The notes: generated by a model not told the origin, from the letters alone. Positions 1 through 8,869 are shown, counted from the first letter of the stretch. The stretch: 42,338 nucleotides of DNA from an uncultured Gammaproteobacteria bacterium (GCA_964608945.1 CAZSQB010000003.1:1-42338), one strand, 5' to 3'. Made by a program: numbers and translations.

Positions 1-1041
1 TGGGCCTGACATTTCAAATGTTAACTCCTCTGGTTCCAAATGAGATAACACATCCAAAAGATATCGGGCATTAAACGCAATCTCATTCTCCTCCCCTATC
101 ATTTTTGCTTCAACCTCGACAGTGTTCTCTCCCAACGATGGCGTTTGGGATGAAACAATGATACTGTCTTTTCGTATGGAAAGTTTTATAATGTTGGCAG
201 AATCGCGGGCAAAAATAGAACAGATCTTCACAGCCTTTAACAACTCTTCCCTATCAAATGTTGTTGTTAATGAAAAATCATTCGGGATGATTTTTTCAAA
301 ACTTGGAAACTCTGCTTCGATTAGTCTTCCAACCAACTCTGTCTGCCCTATTTGGAAAAGTATTTGATTTTTTTCCTTTGAGACAAAAACAGCTATGGTT
401 TCTCCCTCATCCTTGGCGCTGATAATCTCACGAAACGCACGGGCTGGGACAATCATACTGACTCCCCCCCCGCCGTTGTTATCAGTTTTTAGCTTGGTGG
501 CGCTGTGTTTTAAGGACAAACGATACCCATCTGTTGCAACGAGGAGAAATCCCTCTTCTTCTTGTCTTAACAAAACACCCGAAAGCGCAGGACGAGCCGT
601 ATCAACGCTTGCGGCAAAAATAACTGATGCGAAATCCACATGGAGTTCTTTTGTGCTGAGTAAGGCTAGAACTTCTCCTTTCTCTTCATAGAGCTTTGGG
701 AATTCGTCTTTGGCAATTGTCTGAAACAAACTTTTTACTTTCTTGGTTGAGACTTCAAGCGCTGCGTCTTGCATCTTGAGTATTACATCTCCCTGGGAGA
801 GTGAATTAATAAGCTCGGTAAAAGTCCTTGCGGGAACTGTCGTTGATCCTTCATCGCTTACTTTTGCAGGAAGAAATGTCTGAATACCGATCTCAAGATC
901 GGTGCTACTTATCTTTAATGTATCCTTACTCGCTTCTAAAAGAAAATGCAGGAGTATTGGCAATTGGCTTCTTGAAGATATAGCATGACTCGCAAAAGCA
1001 AGTTTTTTTTGCAGACCTAATATTGATACTGAAGCTATCAT
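1..1041 (-). CDS. dnaN: DNA polymerase III beta sliding clamp (3' end outside window)
   Basis: Manual translation from ATG at 1041: MIASVSILGLQKKLAFASHAISSRSQLPILLHFLLEA...STDLEIGIQ...VATDGYRLS...FPSFEKIIP...IAFNARYLLDVL; directly downstream of dnaA. Absent from the ORF track because it has no stop in the window. Confidence 0.95.
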   Translation of the reverse strand, partial: MIASVSILGLQKKLAFASHAISSRSQLPILLHFLLEASKDTLKISSTDLEIGIQTFLPAKVSDEGSTTVPARTFTELINSLSQGDVILKMQDAALEVSTKKVKSLFQTIAKDEFPKLYEEKGEVLALLSTKELHVDFASVIFAASVDTARPALSGVLLRQEEEGFLLVATDGYRLSLKHSATKLKTDNNGGGGVSMIVPARAFREIISAKDEGETIAVFVSKEKNQILFQIGQTELVGRLIEAEFPSFEKIIPNDFSLTTTFDREELLKAVKICSIFARDSANIIKLSIRKDSIIVSSQTPSLGENTVEVEAKMIGEENEIAFNARYLLDVLSHLEPEELTFEMSGP

Positions 1042-1185
1042 ACTTTATATCTTTTTGTTGTTGTAGTAGTGTATAGGGAAAAGTGGAAAAAAGCAAGCAA
1101 GCGTGCCTAAAAAAATGTGGATAAGTTGTTGATATCTTTGGGGAAAAGCTACTGATAAGTTTTCATGTCCTGTTATCCAAATCTT
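1042..1185. other. Replication origin oriC (dnaA-dnaN intergenic): DnaA boxes, DnaA-trios, AT-rich segment
   Basis: Perfect box TGTGGATAA at 1116-1124; degenerate boxes near 1082-1090, 1127-1135, 1139-1147 and 1173-1181; TTG-TTG-TTG-TAG-TAG trio run at 1055-1069 next to an AT-rich stretch. Confidence 0.85.
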
Positions 1186-2535
1186 TTACCCTTTGAGCGT
1201 TCTGGTTATCCCCAAAATATCCTCAGACACTTTTGCTTTGTCTTTCACAAGGGTTTGTATTTTTTCCACACCATACATAATCGTTGTATGATCCCGTCCG
1301 CCCAACAGGTTCCCGATTTCAACCAACGTAAGCCCTAACTCAGTCTTGAGAAGATACATTGCAACTTGCCGTGCCTTTACAAGCGATGCGTCTCGCTTTG
1401 GTCCCTTTAGCTGTGTAGGTTTTATATTATAAAACTCACAGATATTTTTGATAACGTCTTCTGTATGAATCGTGCTCTTTCGTTCTTCCCGAACCGTCCG
1501 AAAGCTACTTTCAGCAAGCTCAAGCGTGATTGGTTCATTATTGGTTGAAGCCTCAGTAATAACCCGAAGCAATAACCCCTCTAAGCTTCTTGTATCCTCG
1601 GCCATTTCTGCAAGATATTTTGCCACTTCTATCGGCAATTCGTGTCCATATTTTTTTGCCTTAATAAGAATAATTGCGCTTTTTAATTCAAAATCCGGCG
1701 GCCCTATGTCAACAGTTAAGCCTCCTGCGAATCGACTCGATAGCCGCTTCTCAAGTTTTTTTATTTCATGGGGCGGTCTGTCAGATGAAAGACAAATTTG
1801 CGAGCCCTGGTCAATGAGGATATTAAAGGCGTGAAACAACTCTTCTTGTACGCGCTCTTTTCCTTCAATAAATTGTATATCATCGATAAGAAGGATATAG
1901 GCAGAGCGGAATCTCCGTTTCATTTTCCCCGTTTCATTGTTGCGGATTGCCTCAACAACTTCATTGGTAAACTCCTCGCTCGTGATGTAGATAATCTTTT
2001 TATCCGGTTGTCTTTGGTACACGTCATTTGCAATAGCGTGCATCAAGTGGGTCTTCCCGACGCCCACCGGACCGTAGATGAAAAAAGGATTATAGGAATG
2101 ACCGATATTCGAAGCGACCCGTGATGCCGAGACGAAGGCAAGTTGATTGCTTCCTGAAACGGCAAAGTTTTGGAAGGTAAAATCCGCCCGTACGCGGGGA
2201 AGGTGGCCAACAACAGGTTTGATTTCTTGCTTTTCTTCCCGAGCAAAGAGCGGACCTGCTTTTTCATCTCCCATTATTTTTGCTGACTTGGTGACAAAGA
2301 CAAGGGCTGTTTGTTGCCCTGTATGCTTATCAAGAAGCGATTTGATCTGTTCAAATAATCGTTTCTTAAGAAGGTCAACAATCATGATAGAGGGAGCAGC
2401 AATGGTTGCGACGCTGTTTTCTAATGAAACAAGGCTGGATTTTTTAAAGAGAGTAACAAAATTAGCGTGTGAGATTTGTGGCTCTATATCAGAAAGTATT
2501 TTTTTCCAAAGATCGCTAGTCGCTTTTTCGTCCAT
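1186..2535 (-). CDS. dnaA: Chromosomal replication initiator DnaA
   Basis: YNPFFIYGPVGVGKTHL Walker A, LLIDDIQF Walker B, RLSSRF, GGRDHTT domain IV. Confidence 0.99.
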   Translation of the reverse strand: MDEKATSDLWKKILSDIEPQISHANFVTLFKKSSLVSLENSVATIAAPSIMIVDLLKKRLFEQIKSLLDKHTGQQTALVFVTKSAKIMGDEKAGPLFAREEKQEIKPVVGHLPRVRADFTFQNFAVSGSNQLAFVSASRVASNIGHSYNPFFIYGPVGVGKTHLMHAIANDVYQRQPDKKIIYITSEEFTNEVVEAIRNNETGKMKRRFRSAYILLIDDIQFIEGKERVQEELFHAFNILIDQGSQICLSSDRPPHEIKKLEKRLSSRFAGGLTVDIGPPDFELKSAIILIKAKKYGHELPIEVAKYLAEMAEDTRSLEGLLLRVITEASTNNEPITLELAESSFRTVREERKSTIHTEDVIKNICEFYNIKPTQLKGPKRDASLVKARQVAMYLLKTELGLTLVEIGNLLGGRDHTTIMYGVEKIQTLVKDKAKVSEDILGITRTLKG

Positions 2536-2574
2536 ACGAGTATTAATTTGTAAAGATAAATTGCAGTGTAATAA

Positions 2575-2583
2575 TGTGGATAA
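2575..2583. promoter_or_regulatory. Perfect DnaA box upstream of dnaA (autoregulation or bipartite oriC)
   Basis: TGTGGATAA is the reverse complement of TTATCCACA, 40 nt upstream of the dnaA ATG. Confidence 0.75.
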
Positions 2584-2628
2584 CTGGTGTCAAGCACCAA
2601 AATAAAATTACATTCATTTTGGTGCGCA

Positions 2629-2672
2629 GATCCTGAGCGGAGCCAAGTCTGACTTGGCGGAGTCGAAGGATC
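2629..2672. repeat. REP-like element CCTGAGCGGA..GTCGAAGG with nested palindrome GCCAAGTC-T-GACTTGGC
   Basis: GATCCT-GAGCGGA-GCCAAGTCTGACTTGGC-GGAGTCGA-AGGATC; the outer part is close to the reverse complement of the element inside ruvC (23331-23350). Confidence 0.75.
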
Positions 2673-2722
2673 AAGGAGTGCGTCTTTTAAGCCCCCGGCT
2701 TTTTTGCTATAATGTAAGCCAG

Positions 2723-2857
2723 ATGGAAAAATTCGTTACCCTTAAAAAAGTCAAACGCAAGAGGAAGCATGGATTTCGCTCCCGCATGAAAACGCATACT
2801 GGTAGAAAAGTCCTCAAGCGCCGAATTGCCAAAAAACGAAGTAGGCTTTCTCTGTAA
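2723..2857 (+). CDS. rpmH: 50S ribosomal protein L34
   Basis: KRKRKHGFRSRMKTHTGRKVLKRRIAKKRSRL; ATG 2723 follows TGcTATAAT (2705-2713). Confidence 0.95.
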   Translation: MEKFVTLKKVKRKRKHGFRSRMKTHTGRKVLKRRIAKKRSRLSL

Positions 2858-2868
2858 CTTCAGTCTTT

Positions 2869-3198
2869 ATGTTAAAACGCGCCTATCGTTTGCCGCTCAG
2901 AAAGCCTCTTGTGTCTCCGCAGTCAGCACAAACACCAGTCTACTTTTTTAAAGTCGCGCCAAATACACTCCCCCACAGTCGATTTGGATTCATTATTTCA
3001 AAACGGATCGCCGGATCTTCGGTCTTGCGCAACAGAGCAAGAAGGCTTTTTCACGCGTGCATAGCAGGGCGCCTTTCCCGTATAAAGCCAGGATATGACA
3101 TCTTATTTATAACGAGAAAAGACCCGTTTTCTGACAAAGGAGCGTCTCCCTGTGATATAATTGCAGCAATCCTTAAAAAACAAGGGCTCCTTACATGA
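2869..3198 (+). CDS. rnpA: Ribonuclease P protein component
   Basis: MLKRAYRL, RFGFIISKRI, VLRNRARR (RNR motif); canonical position after rpmH. Confidence 0.93.
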   Translation: MLKRAYRLPLRKPLVSPQSAQTPVYFFKVAPNTLPHSRFGFIISKRIAGSSVLRNRARRLFHACIAGRLSRIKPGYDILFITRKDPFSDKGASPCDIIAAILKKQGLLT

Positions 3199-3413
3199 GG
3201 CATATTACCATTGTTTTACTCACGCTCTATCAGGCAATTGTATCGCCGCTCCTAAAGCAGCTGTTGGGTCAAAGCGCGATGTGTCGCTATCCAATTTCCT
3301 GCTCTGAATACGCCAAGCAGTCGATACGCACATACGGGCTTATTCAGGGAGGCACGCTAGCAATCCTACGTTTTCTTTCCTGCCTGCCGGCAGGCAGGCC
3401 TGCCAACCGTTAG
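3195..3413 (+). CDS. yidD: Membrane protein insertion efficiency factor YidD; C-terminus altered by a 20-bp palindrome
   Basis: YQAIVSP..CRYPISCSEYAKQSIRTYGLIQG..RFLSC; lies between rnpA and yidC. Confidence 0.9.
   Translation: MRHITIVLLTLYQAIVSPLLKQLLGQSAMCRYPISCSEYAKQSIRTYGLIQGGTLAILRFLSCLPAGRPANR
3379..3398. repeat. Perfect 20-bp palindrome CCTGCCTGCCGGCAGGCAGG inside yidD
   Basis: Self-reverse-complementary and followed by a further CCTGCC. Confidence 0.9.
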
Positions 3414-3419
3414 CTCGCT

Positions 3420-4241
3420 ATGATAGGACAGCTTTTTAATCTCCTTTTTGTCAATCCAATTACAAACGGCCTTTTGGCCGTCTATCAGGTCCTGCTTTCT
3501 TTGCATGCTCCGTACGCCTTGGGCTTCTCGATTATCGTTCTTACTATTATTATTCGCTTACTGCTTGCCCCGCTCACTGCCTCGCAGCTTAGGACGTCAA
3601 AAAAACTTCAAGAATTGGGGCCAGAACTTGCCAAATTAAAAGAGAAATATAAAGACGATCAACGCCGGCAGCAGCAAGAGACGATGCTTTTGTATCGCCA
3701 GCATGGTGTGAATCCATTGGGTGGATGTCTTCCGTCAATTCTTCAGATCATCCTTTTCTACGGGCTCTACAGCGTGCTAACAGCATTTGTTAAGCCAAAT
3801 GCCGCTGAGACACTTAAGTACGTTAACAGCGTTGCTTATTTTGACTTTCTAAAGCTAGATAAAATTGGCGACCCAACATTTTTTGGACTACCGCTTGGAC
3901 AGAGTCCCTCTCAACTCCTTGGCGCAGTTGGCTTTCTGATTCTGCTCGTTCCAGTGCTCACCGGCGTATTTCAGCTTATCCAGTCAAAAATGATGTTTAC
4001 CTCCCCGTCTACAGCAAAGAAAAAAGAGCAAAAGACACAGCCTGATTTTCAATCGATGATGCAAACGCAGATGACCTATTTTATCCCTGTCACAATCGGC
4101 ATTGCTGCATTCACTTTTCCACTGGGCCTGTCGCTCTACTGGAATACTTTTTCCATTTTTGCTATCATACAGCAGTATCGATTGCAAGGATTAGGGGGAC
4201 TTACGCCCTGGGTCGCTTACCTGAGAAAAGCCAGGGAATAG
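3420..4241 (+). CDS. yidC: Membrane protein insertase YidC (short form, no large periplasmic domain)
   Basis: GFSIIVLTIIIRLLLAPL, LYRQHGVNPLGGCLP, PLGLSLYW. Confidence 0.95.
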   Translation: MIGQLFNLLFVNPITNGLLAVYQVLLSLHAPYALGFSIIVLTIIIRLLLAPLTASQLRTSKKLQELGPELAKLKEKYKDDQRRQQQETMLLYRQHGVNPLGGCLPSILQIILFYGLYSVLTAFVKPNAAETLKYVNSVAYFDFLKLDKIGDPTFFGLPLGQSPSQLLGAVGFLILLVPVLTGVFQLIQSKMMFTSPSTAKKKEQKTQPDFQSMMQTQMTYFIPVTIGIAAFTFPLGLSLYWNTFSIFAIIQQYRLQGLGGLTPWVAYLRKARE

Positions 4242-4244
4242 CCT

Positions 4245-4724
4245 ATGAATACTGAAGAGAAGACGCAGGTAACAGAAAGAGATATAGAGACGATACGAGA
4301 AGTCGCATCTGCGCTTTTTTCTCAACTTGAGATTGACGGTACATTTGATCTTGTCCAGCAAGACGACGCAGTCGAGCTGCTTCTGGATACGAAAGACAGC
4401 GGCATTGTCATAGGCTACCATGGTGAAATGCTTGAAGCATTGCAGCTTGTTCTTTCTCTTCTTGCTGCAAAAAAGCTTGACCGTTTTGTCAGGATAATGG
4501 TTGAGGTCGGTGATTATCGCAAAAATCGAAGTGAATACTTACAAAAGCTCGCCCTGCAAGCAAAAGAAAAAGCGGTATCAGAAGACACCGAGCAAGCAAT
4601 CCATTCTTTAAAATCCTGGGAACGCAGAATTATCCACGTTCTCCTTAAAGATGATGCGGAAGTTACCTCAGAATCAGCCGGCGAGGGAAAAGACCGCGTC
4701 CTTATCGTCAAGCCGCGAAACTAA
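4245..4724 (+). CDS. jag: Jag/EloR (KhpB)-like KH + R3H RNA-binding protein lacking the N-terminal Jag domain
   Basis: GIVIGYHGEMLEALQ (KH), SWERRIIHVLL (R3H), SESAGEGKDR; follows yidC. Confidence 0.9.
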   Translation: MNTEEKTQVTERDIETIREVASALFSQLEIDGTFDLVQQDDAVELLLDTKDSGIVIGYHGEMLEALQLVLSLLAAKKLDRFVRIMVEVGDYRKNRSEYLQKLALQAKEKAVSEDTEQAIHSLKSWERRIIHVLLKDDAEVTSESAGEGKDRVLIVKPRN

Positions 4725-6030
4725 ATTTTTCCCATGGGAAGGGCAGCTTTCTTCCTGGCTTTTCTTCTCAATTATACTTTTTCTTCCAACGCAGCTTGGA
4801 AAGCATTTTTGGCCAGATTACTCGGTCGTCTACGGCATACGAGTTGACTACCTCTCCCCCACCTTATTCTTTAGCGACATTCTAGTTTTGCTTCTGTTTG
4901 CATCCGTCATTATCAACAAGTTGTCGCTAAAGAAAATCTCAAATGTCAAATCTCAAATATCAAATCTCAAATCACACTGGAAGTTGATAGTACTCTTTTC
5001 GCTTCTCGTTATTGGTGTTTTTCTTTCAAAGAGTCCGGCGGCGGGATTATATGGGTTTTTAAAACTTCTTGAATTTACTTTCTTTGGCGTCTTTACAGCC
5101 TGGTTTCTTAGGAAGCCTAAGGCATATCCAACAGTTTTGTTGCTGTTTGCGCTTGGAATTATCGCAGAGTCAGTACTTGCCGTGATGCAGTTTGTCAATC
5201 AAGGGTCTATTGGTGGGATATTATATTGGCTTGGGGAACGGAGTTTTACCAGTCAGACGCCAGGTATTGCTAACGCATCGGTTTCAGGAAAGCTGTTGCT
5301 TCGACCATATGCCACATTCCCCCACCCAAATGTCTTAGCGGGTTACTTGGTGCTTGGTATGACATTGATAATTTCAAATTTCAAATTTCAAATTTCAAAT
5401 TTCCGAAAAACACTCTATGGCTCAGCGCTGGCTCTTGGAATCATTGCGCTTTTGCTGAGCATGAGTAGAATTGCAATCGTCGTATTTGTGATATGTGCGT
5501 CTGTTGTGTTGTATAAAAAACTTCCGCGTGCGTATGCAATAATTGGTACAATCTTTTGCCTGATAGGCTTTACCTTGCTTTTCCTCCTCCTCCCCCATCG
5601 CTTTTTTCCCTTGGTTTTTGCCGACCAGACAATCAGCGTTCGCAAGGAGTTATTTGATGCAGGGGTAAGAATGGTTGGAGCGCACCCGTTGTTTGGCGTT
5701 GGGCTTAATAACTTTTTACTTAGCCTCCCCGCCTATATGCCCCAAAAAAACAGTGTTATTTTTCTTCAGCCAGCGCATAATATTTTTTTACTCTGGATTG
5801 CACAAACTGGATTTGTCGGCGCTAGTCTCATGACAGGATTTTTCATTGCGCTGTACAAGCGGTTATTGAGACGCTTTATGTGGACGCAAGGACTGGTCAT
5901 TTTTACACTCGTTGTGTTTGGCAGTGTTGATCATTACTTCCTGACTTTGCAGCAGGGGCAGTTGCTTCTTTCTTTCTTTTTAGGACTCGTGTTGGGAAGA
6001 AAAAACAGTAAAAAGGCAACACGCGTTTAG
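4651..6030 (+). CDS. O-antigen ligase/Wzy_C-family polytopic membrane protein (start uncertain)
   Basis: RPYATFPHPNVLAGY, LLSMSRIA, HPLFGVGLNNF, QPAHNIFLLWIAQTGFVG, many TM segments. Confidence 0.85.
   Translation: MMRKLPQNQPAREKTASLSSSRETKFFPWEGQLSSWLFFSIILFLPTQLGKHFWPDYSVVYGIRVDYLSPTLFFSDILVLLLFASVIINKLSLKKISNVKSQISNLKSHWKLIVLFSLLVIGVFLSKSPAAGLYGFLKLLEFTFFGVFTAWFLRKPKAYPTVLLLFALGIIAESVLAVMQFVNQGSIGGILYWLGERSFTSQTPGIANASVSGKLLLRPYATFPHPNVLAGYLVLGMTLIISNFKFQISNFRKTLYGSALALGIIALLLSMSRIAIVVFVICASVVLYKKLPRAYAIIGTIFCLIGFTLLFLLLPHRFFPLVFADQTISVRKELFDAGVRMVGAHPLFGVGLNNFLLSLPAYMPQKNSVIFLQPAHNIFLLWIAQTGFVGASLMTGFFIALYKRLLRRFMWTQGLVIFTLVVFGSVDHYFLTLQQGQLLLSFFLGLVLGRKNSKKATRV
4934..4973 (+). repeat. 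Heptamer tandem array (AAAT[C/G/A]TC)x5 inside the O-antigen ligase gene
   Basis: aaatctc aaatgtc aaatctc aaatatc aaatctc aaatc, translated KISNVKSQISNLKS. Confidence 0.85.
5370..5403 (+). repeat. Heptamer tandem array (AATTTCA)x4+ inside the O-antigen ligase gene
   Basis: Four perfect copies plus a partial one, translated ISNFKFQISNF. Confidence 0.9.
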
Positions 6031-6178
6031 CTTGTCTTTGCAGCCCAGAACAGTAAAAAATTTTGGAACCGATCACGCGCAAGGTGAAAGAGTTATGAAA
6101 TTTACCCGATAAGAAAGGTCAAGGCTGCAATATTCTGTTTTTTTTGAATGATTGGCGTTTTTTGTGTACACTAGATAT

Positions 6179-8869
6179 ATGCCTTCATCACGATTGGTTA
6201 GTGCCACCTTAGAACAAAAATTGCCGGTTTTAATTGTCGATAGACAAGGACTTTTCGCGTCTCTACTGGTCAGCGCTTTGGCGGATGAGTTTTTACCGGT
6301 TGTCCTTACCCAGAGAGAACTGCCAAGCGCAAAGGAGACGAGCGTTTTTATTCCTTTTGCAGAGCGTATACCCCGCATTCCAGACAACCACTTTCCCTAC
6401 ATATTTATCGTCTATGACAAAGACAAAAAAACGCGCGCAATGCTTCCTTCGCTTATTGCAAAAGCGAGCGAAACACATGCGACGCTTTTTGTTATCAGTA
6501 TTTTTACTGACGCGGATGACAAATTGCTTACAGCGCTTTTGACAAAAGCCCCATCTGTTCGAGTGATTGTTTATGGCGAGATGTTTGGCAATATTCCCCT
6601 GCCCCGCTCACCATTTGGATTCCTCCTTTCTCAGGCAACCTCTGGACAAGTTATCGTTTTTGGCACTGGATTACAAAAAGTCTATCCTGTCCACACAGGA
6701 GATGTTATTTCAGGCATACTCGCTTGCGCTTTTGCCGATCAAGGCAAAGAACGCCTTTTTTATCTCCTTCCCAAGCATCCGCCGACTGAATTATCAGTTG
6801 TCAGACTTCTTCGAAAAATTCACCCGCTCTTAAAACTCGATTTTGCCAAGCGGAAAAGAGACGATATCGTTCTTCCGTTCCACAGAGGAAAGTATTTACT
6901 CGAAGACCCCTATCCCTTAGAAGATCGTCTTCGCATACTGGATCTTCCAATGCCAGGCGAGAAGAAAGGAAAACCAATCCAGCTTGAGCCAAAAAAAGAG
7001 CGGGTAAAACTCCCGTCATTTACGCGCCTGATTGGTTTGGGATTTATCCTGACGAGCATGCTACTTCTCCCCTTACTCTTCCTGTCAGGTCTTGGTTTTG
7101 CAGGAGGCGCGCTTCTTGCACAGTCGCTGCGCGAGCTAGAACAGGGCAATTTTATAAAAGCCAGGGAGACAGTCGGTCTTGCAAAGCATGCCTTTTCACT
7201 TGGAGAGACAACAACGCTTGAGCTTTTGCCGACAGCAACTTTCCTTAAGCAGGAAAGGCTCGTTGAGAATTTTTCAAACTCATTTCATGCAGGAACAATC
7301 GCATCTGACACAACGCTTTCTGGTATCGAGGCGTTTTCTCTTTTTCAAAGCGTTGTGGATGGGAAAACGCAGCATCCAAAAGAGGATTTTCATAAAGCGT
7401 TGCAAGAGAGCAAAAATGCAGCGGTACTCCTCAAGCAGCTGCAAGCTGAAAAACGAATTCCCAAACTCTATTCCCAAAAGCTTGAAAAATATGAGCCAGC
7501 ACTCGCGCTTTTTATGGCAGTTTCGGATGCGCTTCCTGAGCTTTTGGGATTTGAAGGAGAAAGAGTCTACCTTGTATTATTTCAAAACAACATGGAGCTG
7601 CGTCCAGGTGGGGGGTTCATCGGGTCTTACGGCCTTTTGCGCTTAAGAGACGGTAAGCTAATAAGCTTTACCATCCATGACGTCTACGATGCAGACGGCA
7701 AGCTCAAGGGTCACATAGAGCCGCCTTTTGCGATCAAGCGACATCTGGGCGCGTCCCACTGGTTTTTAAGAGACAGCAATGTGTCAGCAGATTTTCCCAC
7801 CAACGCAAAACAGGCCGCATATTTTCTCAATCTTGAGACAGGGGAAAAGGTGGATGGCGTTATCGGTGTGGATGTAGCATTTGCGCAAACACTCCTTTCA
7901 GTGGTTGGGCCAATCCAAGTCCCCGAATACCAAACAAGCGTCTCCTCGGAGAACTTCTTTTTACTGGTTGAGACAAAAACCGAGAAAGATTTCTTTCCTG
8001 GCTCAACGCAAAAGCGAGACATCCTAACAGCGGTATATAAAAGCCTTGAACAAGCGCTTTTTACTCCCGGAAAAGCGCCGCTTTTGAAGCTTCTTTCGGG
8101 AGCGACAGCCGGTATTGAGCAAAAGCACGTGCAGTTTTCCTTCTCAAGTCCTAGTCTGGCACGGATCTTTAGTGTCAATAATTTATCTGGGTCAATTGTA
8201 GATGAGCGAGTAGTAAAGCAAGATGCAGTAAACGACTTTCTTCTTGTCAGCGAAATAAACGTTGGCGTGAATAAGGCAAACTACTATGTTAAGCGTGCAA
8301 TTGATATGATGGTACAGATTGACGATGGTGGGCGGGTAATGGAAACGGTAAAAATATCCTACACGCATACAGGATCGGAAAAGAGCGCATTTAACGGAGA
8401 CTACAAAAACTATCTGCGCGTATTTGTGCCCAAAGGGGCAATTCTTGAGCAGGTGGCGATTGACGGGAAGAGCATGTCGATTGTGGAGGCGGTGACCGAC
8501 CCGGCTGTCTATCAAAAAAAACAGTTTCGCCCGCCTGTTGGACTAGAGATTGAGACATTGGAGGAGGAGGGGAAGCGGGGATTTGGCCTTGTGCTTATGC
8601 TACCGACTGGGTCTCGAAAAACAGTTGCGCTTACGTATCGGCTAGCAAAGACCGTTGCCCTTTCCCAGCCAATATTTTCCTATGATTTTTGGTTTCTTAA
8701 GCAGCCAGGGACCAACCACGATCCTTTTACATTTACTCTGCTTTTCCCAAAGTCATTCCGGCCAGTTAATCTGCCTATCCTACTTCAGCCGGAGGGGGAC
8801 AATCAGCTCACATTCTCAAACGTACTGACAACAGATAAGACGATTCATGTTGATTTTGCCAAACAGTGA
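6179..8869 (+). CDS. DUF4012-family membrane-anchored protein with a degenerate N-terminal NAD-epimerase-like region
   Basis: YLVLFQNNMELRPGGGFIGSYG, WFLRDSN..DFP, VDGVIGVD, NVGVNKANYY, DYKNYLRVFVPKG, KQPGT; ATG 6179 lies 6 nt after TACACT. Confidence 0.8.
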   Translation: MPSSRLVSATLEQKLPVLIVDRQGLFASLLVSALADEFLPVVLTQRELPSAKETSVFIPFAERIPRIPDNHFPYIFIVYDKDKKTRAMLPSLIAKASETHATLFVISIFTDADDKLLTALLTKAPSVRVIVYGEMFGNIPLPRSPFGFLLSQATSGQVIVFGTGLQKVYPVHTGDVISGILACAFADQGKERLFYLLPKHPPTELSVVRLLRKIHPLLKLDFAKRKRDDIVLPFHRGKYLLEDPYPLEDRLRILDLPMPGEKKGKPIQLEPKKERVKLPSFTRLIGLGFILTSMLLLPLLFLSGLGFAGGALLAQSLRELEQGNFIKARETVGLAKHAFSLGETTTLELLPTATFLKQERLVENFSNSFHAGTIASDTTLSGIEAFSLFQSVVDGKTQHPKEDFHKALQESKNAAVLLKQLQAEKRIPKLYSQKLEKYEPALALFMAVSDALPELLGFEGERVYLVLFQNNMELRPGGGFIGSYGLLRLRDGKLISFTIHDVYDADGKLKGHIEPPFAIKRHLGASHWFLRDSNVSADFPTNAKQAAYFLNLETGEKVDGVIGVDVAFAQTLLSVVGPIQVPEYQTSVSSENFFLLVETKTEKDFFPGSTQKRDILTAVYKSLEQALFTPGKAPLLKLLSGATAGIEQKHVQFSFSSPSLARIFSVNNLSGSIVDERVVKQDAVNDFLLVSEINVGVNKANYYVKRAIDMMVQIDDGGRVMETVKISYTHTGSEKSAFNGDYKNYLRVFVPKGAILEQVAIDGKSMSIVEAVTDPAVYQKKQFRPPVGLEIETLEEEGKRGFGLVLMLPTGSRKTVALTYRLAKTVALSQPIFSYDFWFLKQPGTNHDPFTFTLLFPKSFRPVNLPILLQPEGDNQLTFSNVLTTDKTIHVDFAKQ

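Noticed and set aside
122-691. Plus-strand ORFs 122-367 and 395-691
   Set aside because: Antisense shadows of dnaN; the same applies to most short ORFs opposite dnaA, pgk, valS, the ATPase and comM.
6004-6059. Direct repeat AACAGTAAAAA at 6004 and 6049
   Set aside because: Only two A-rich copies; not distinguishable from chance and not CRISPR-like.
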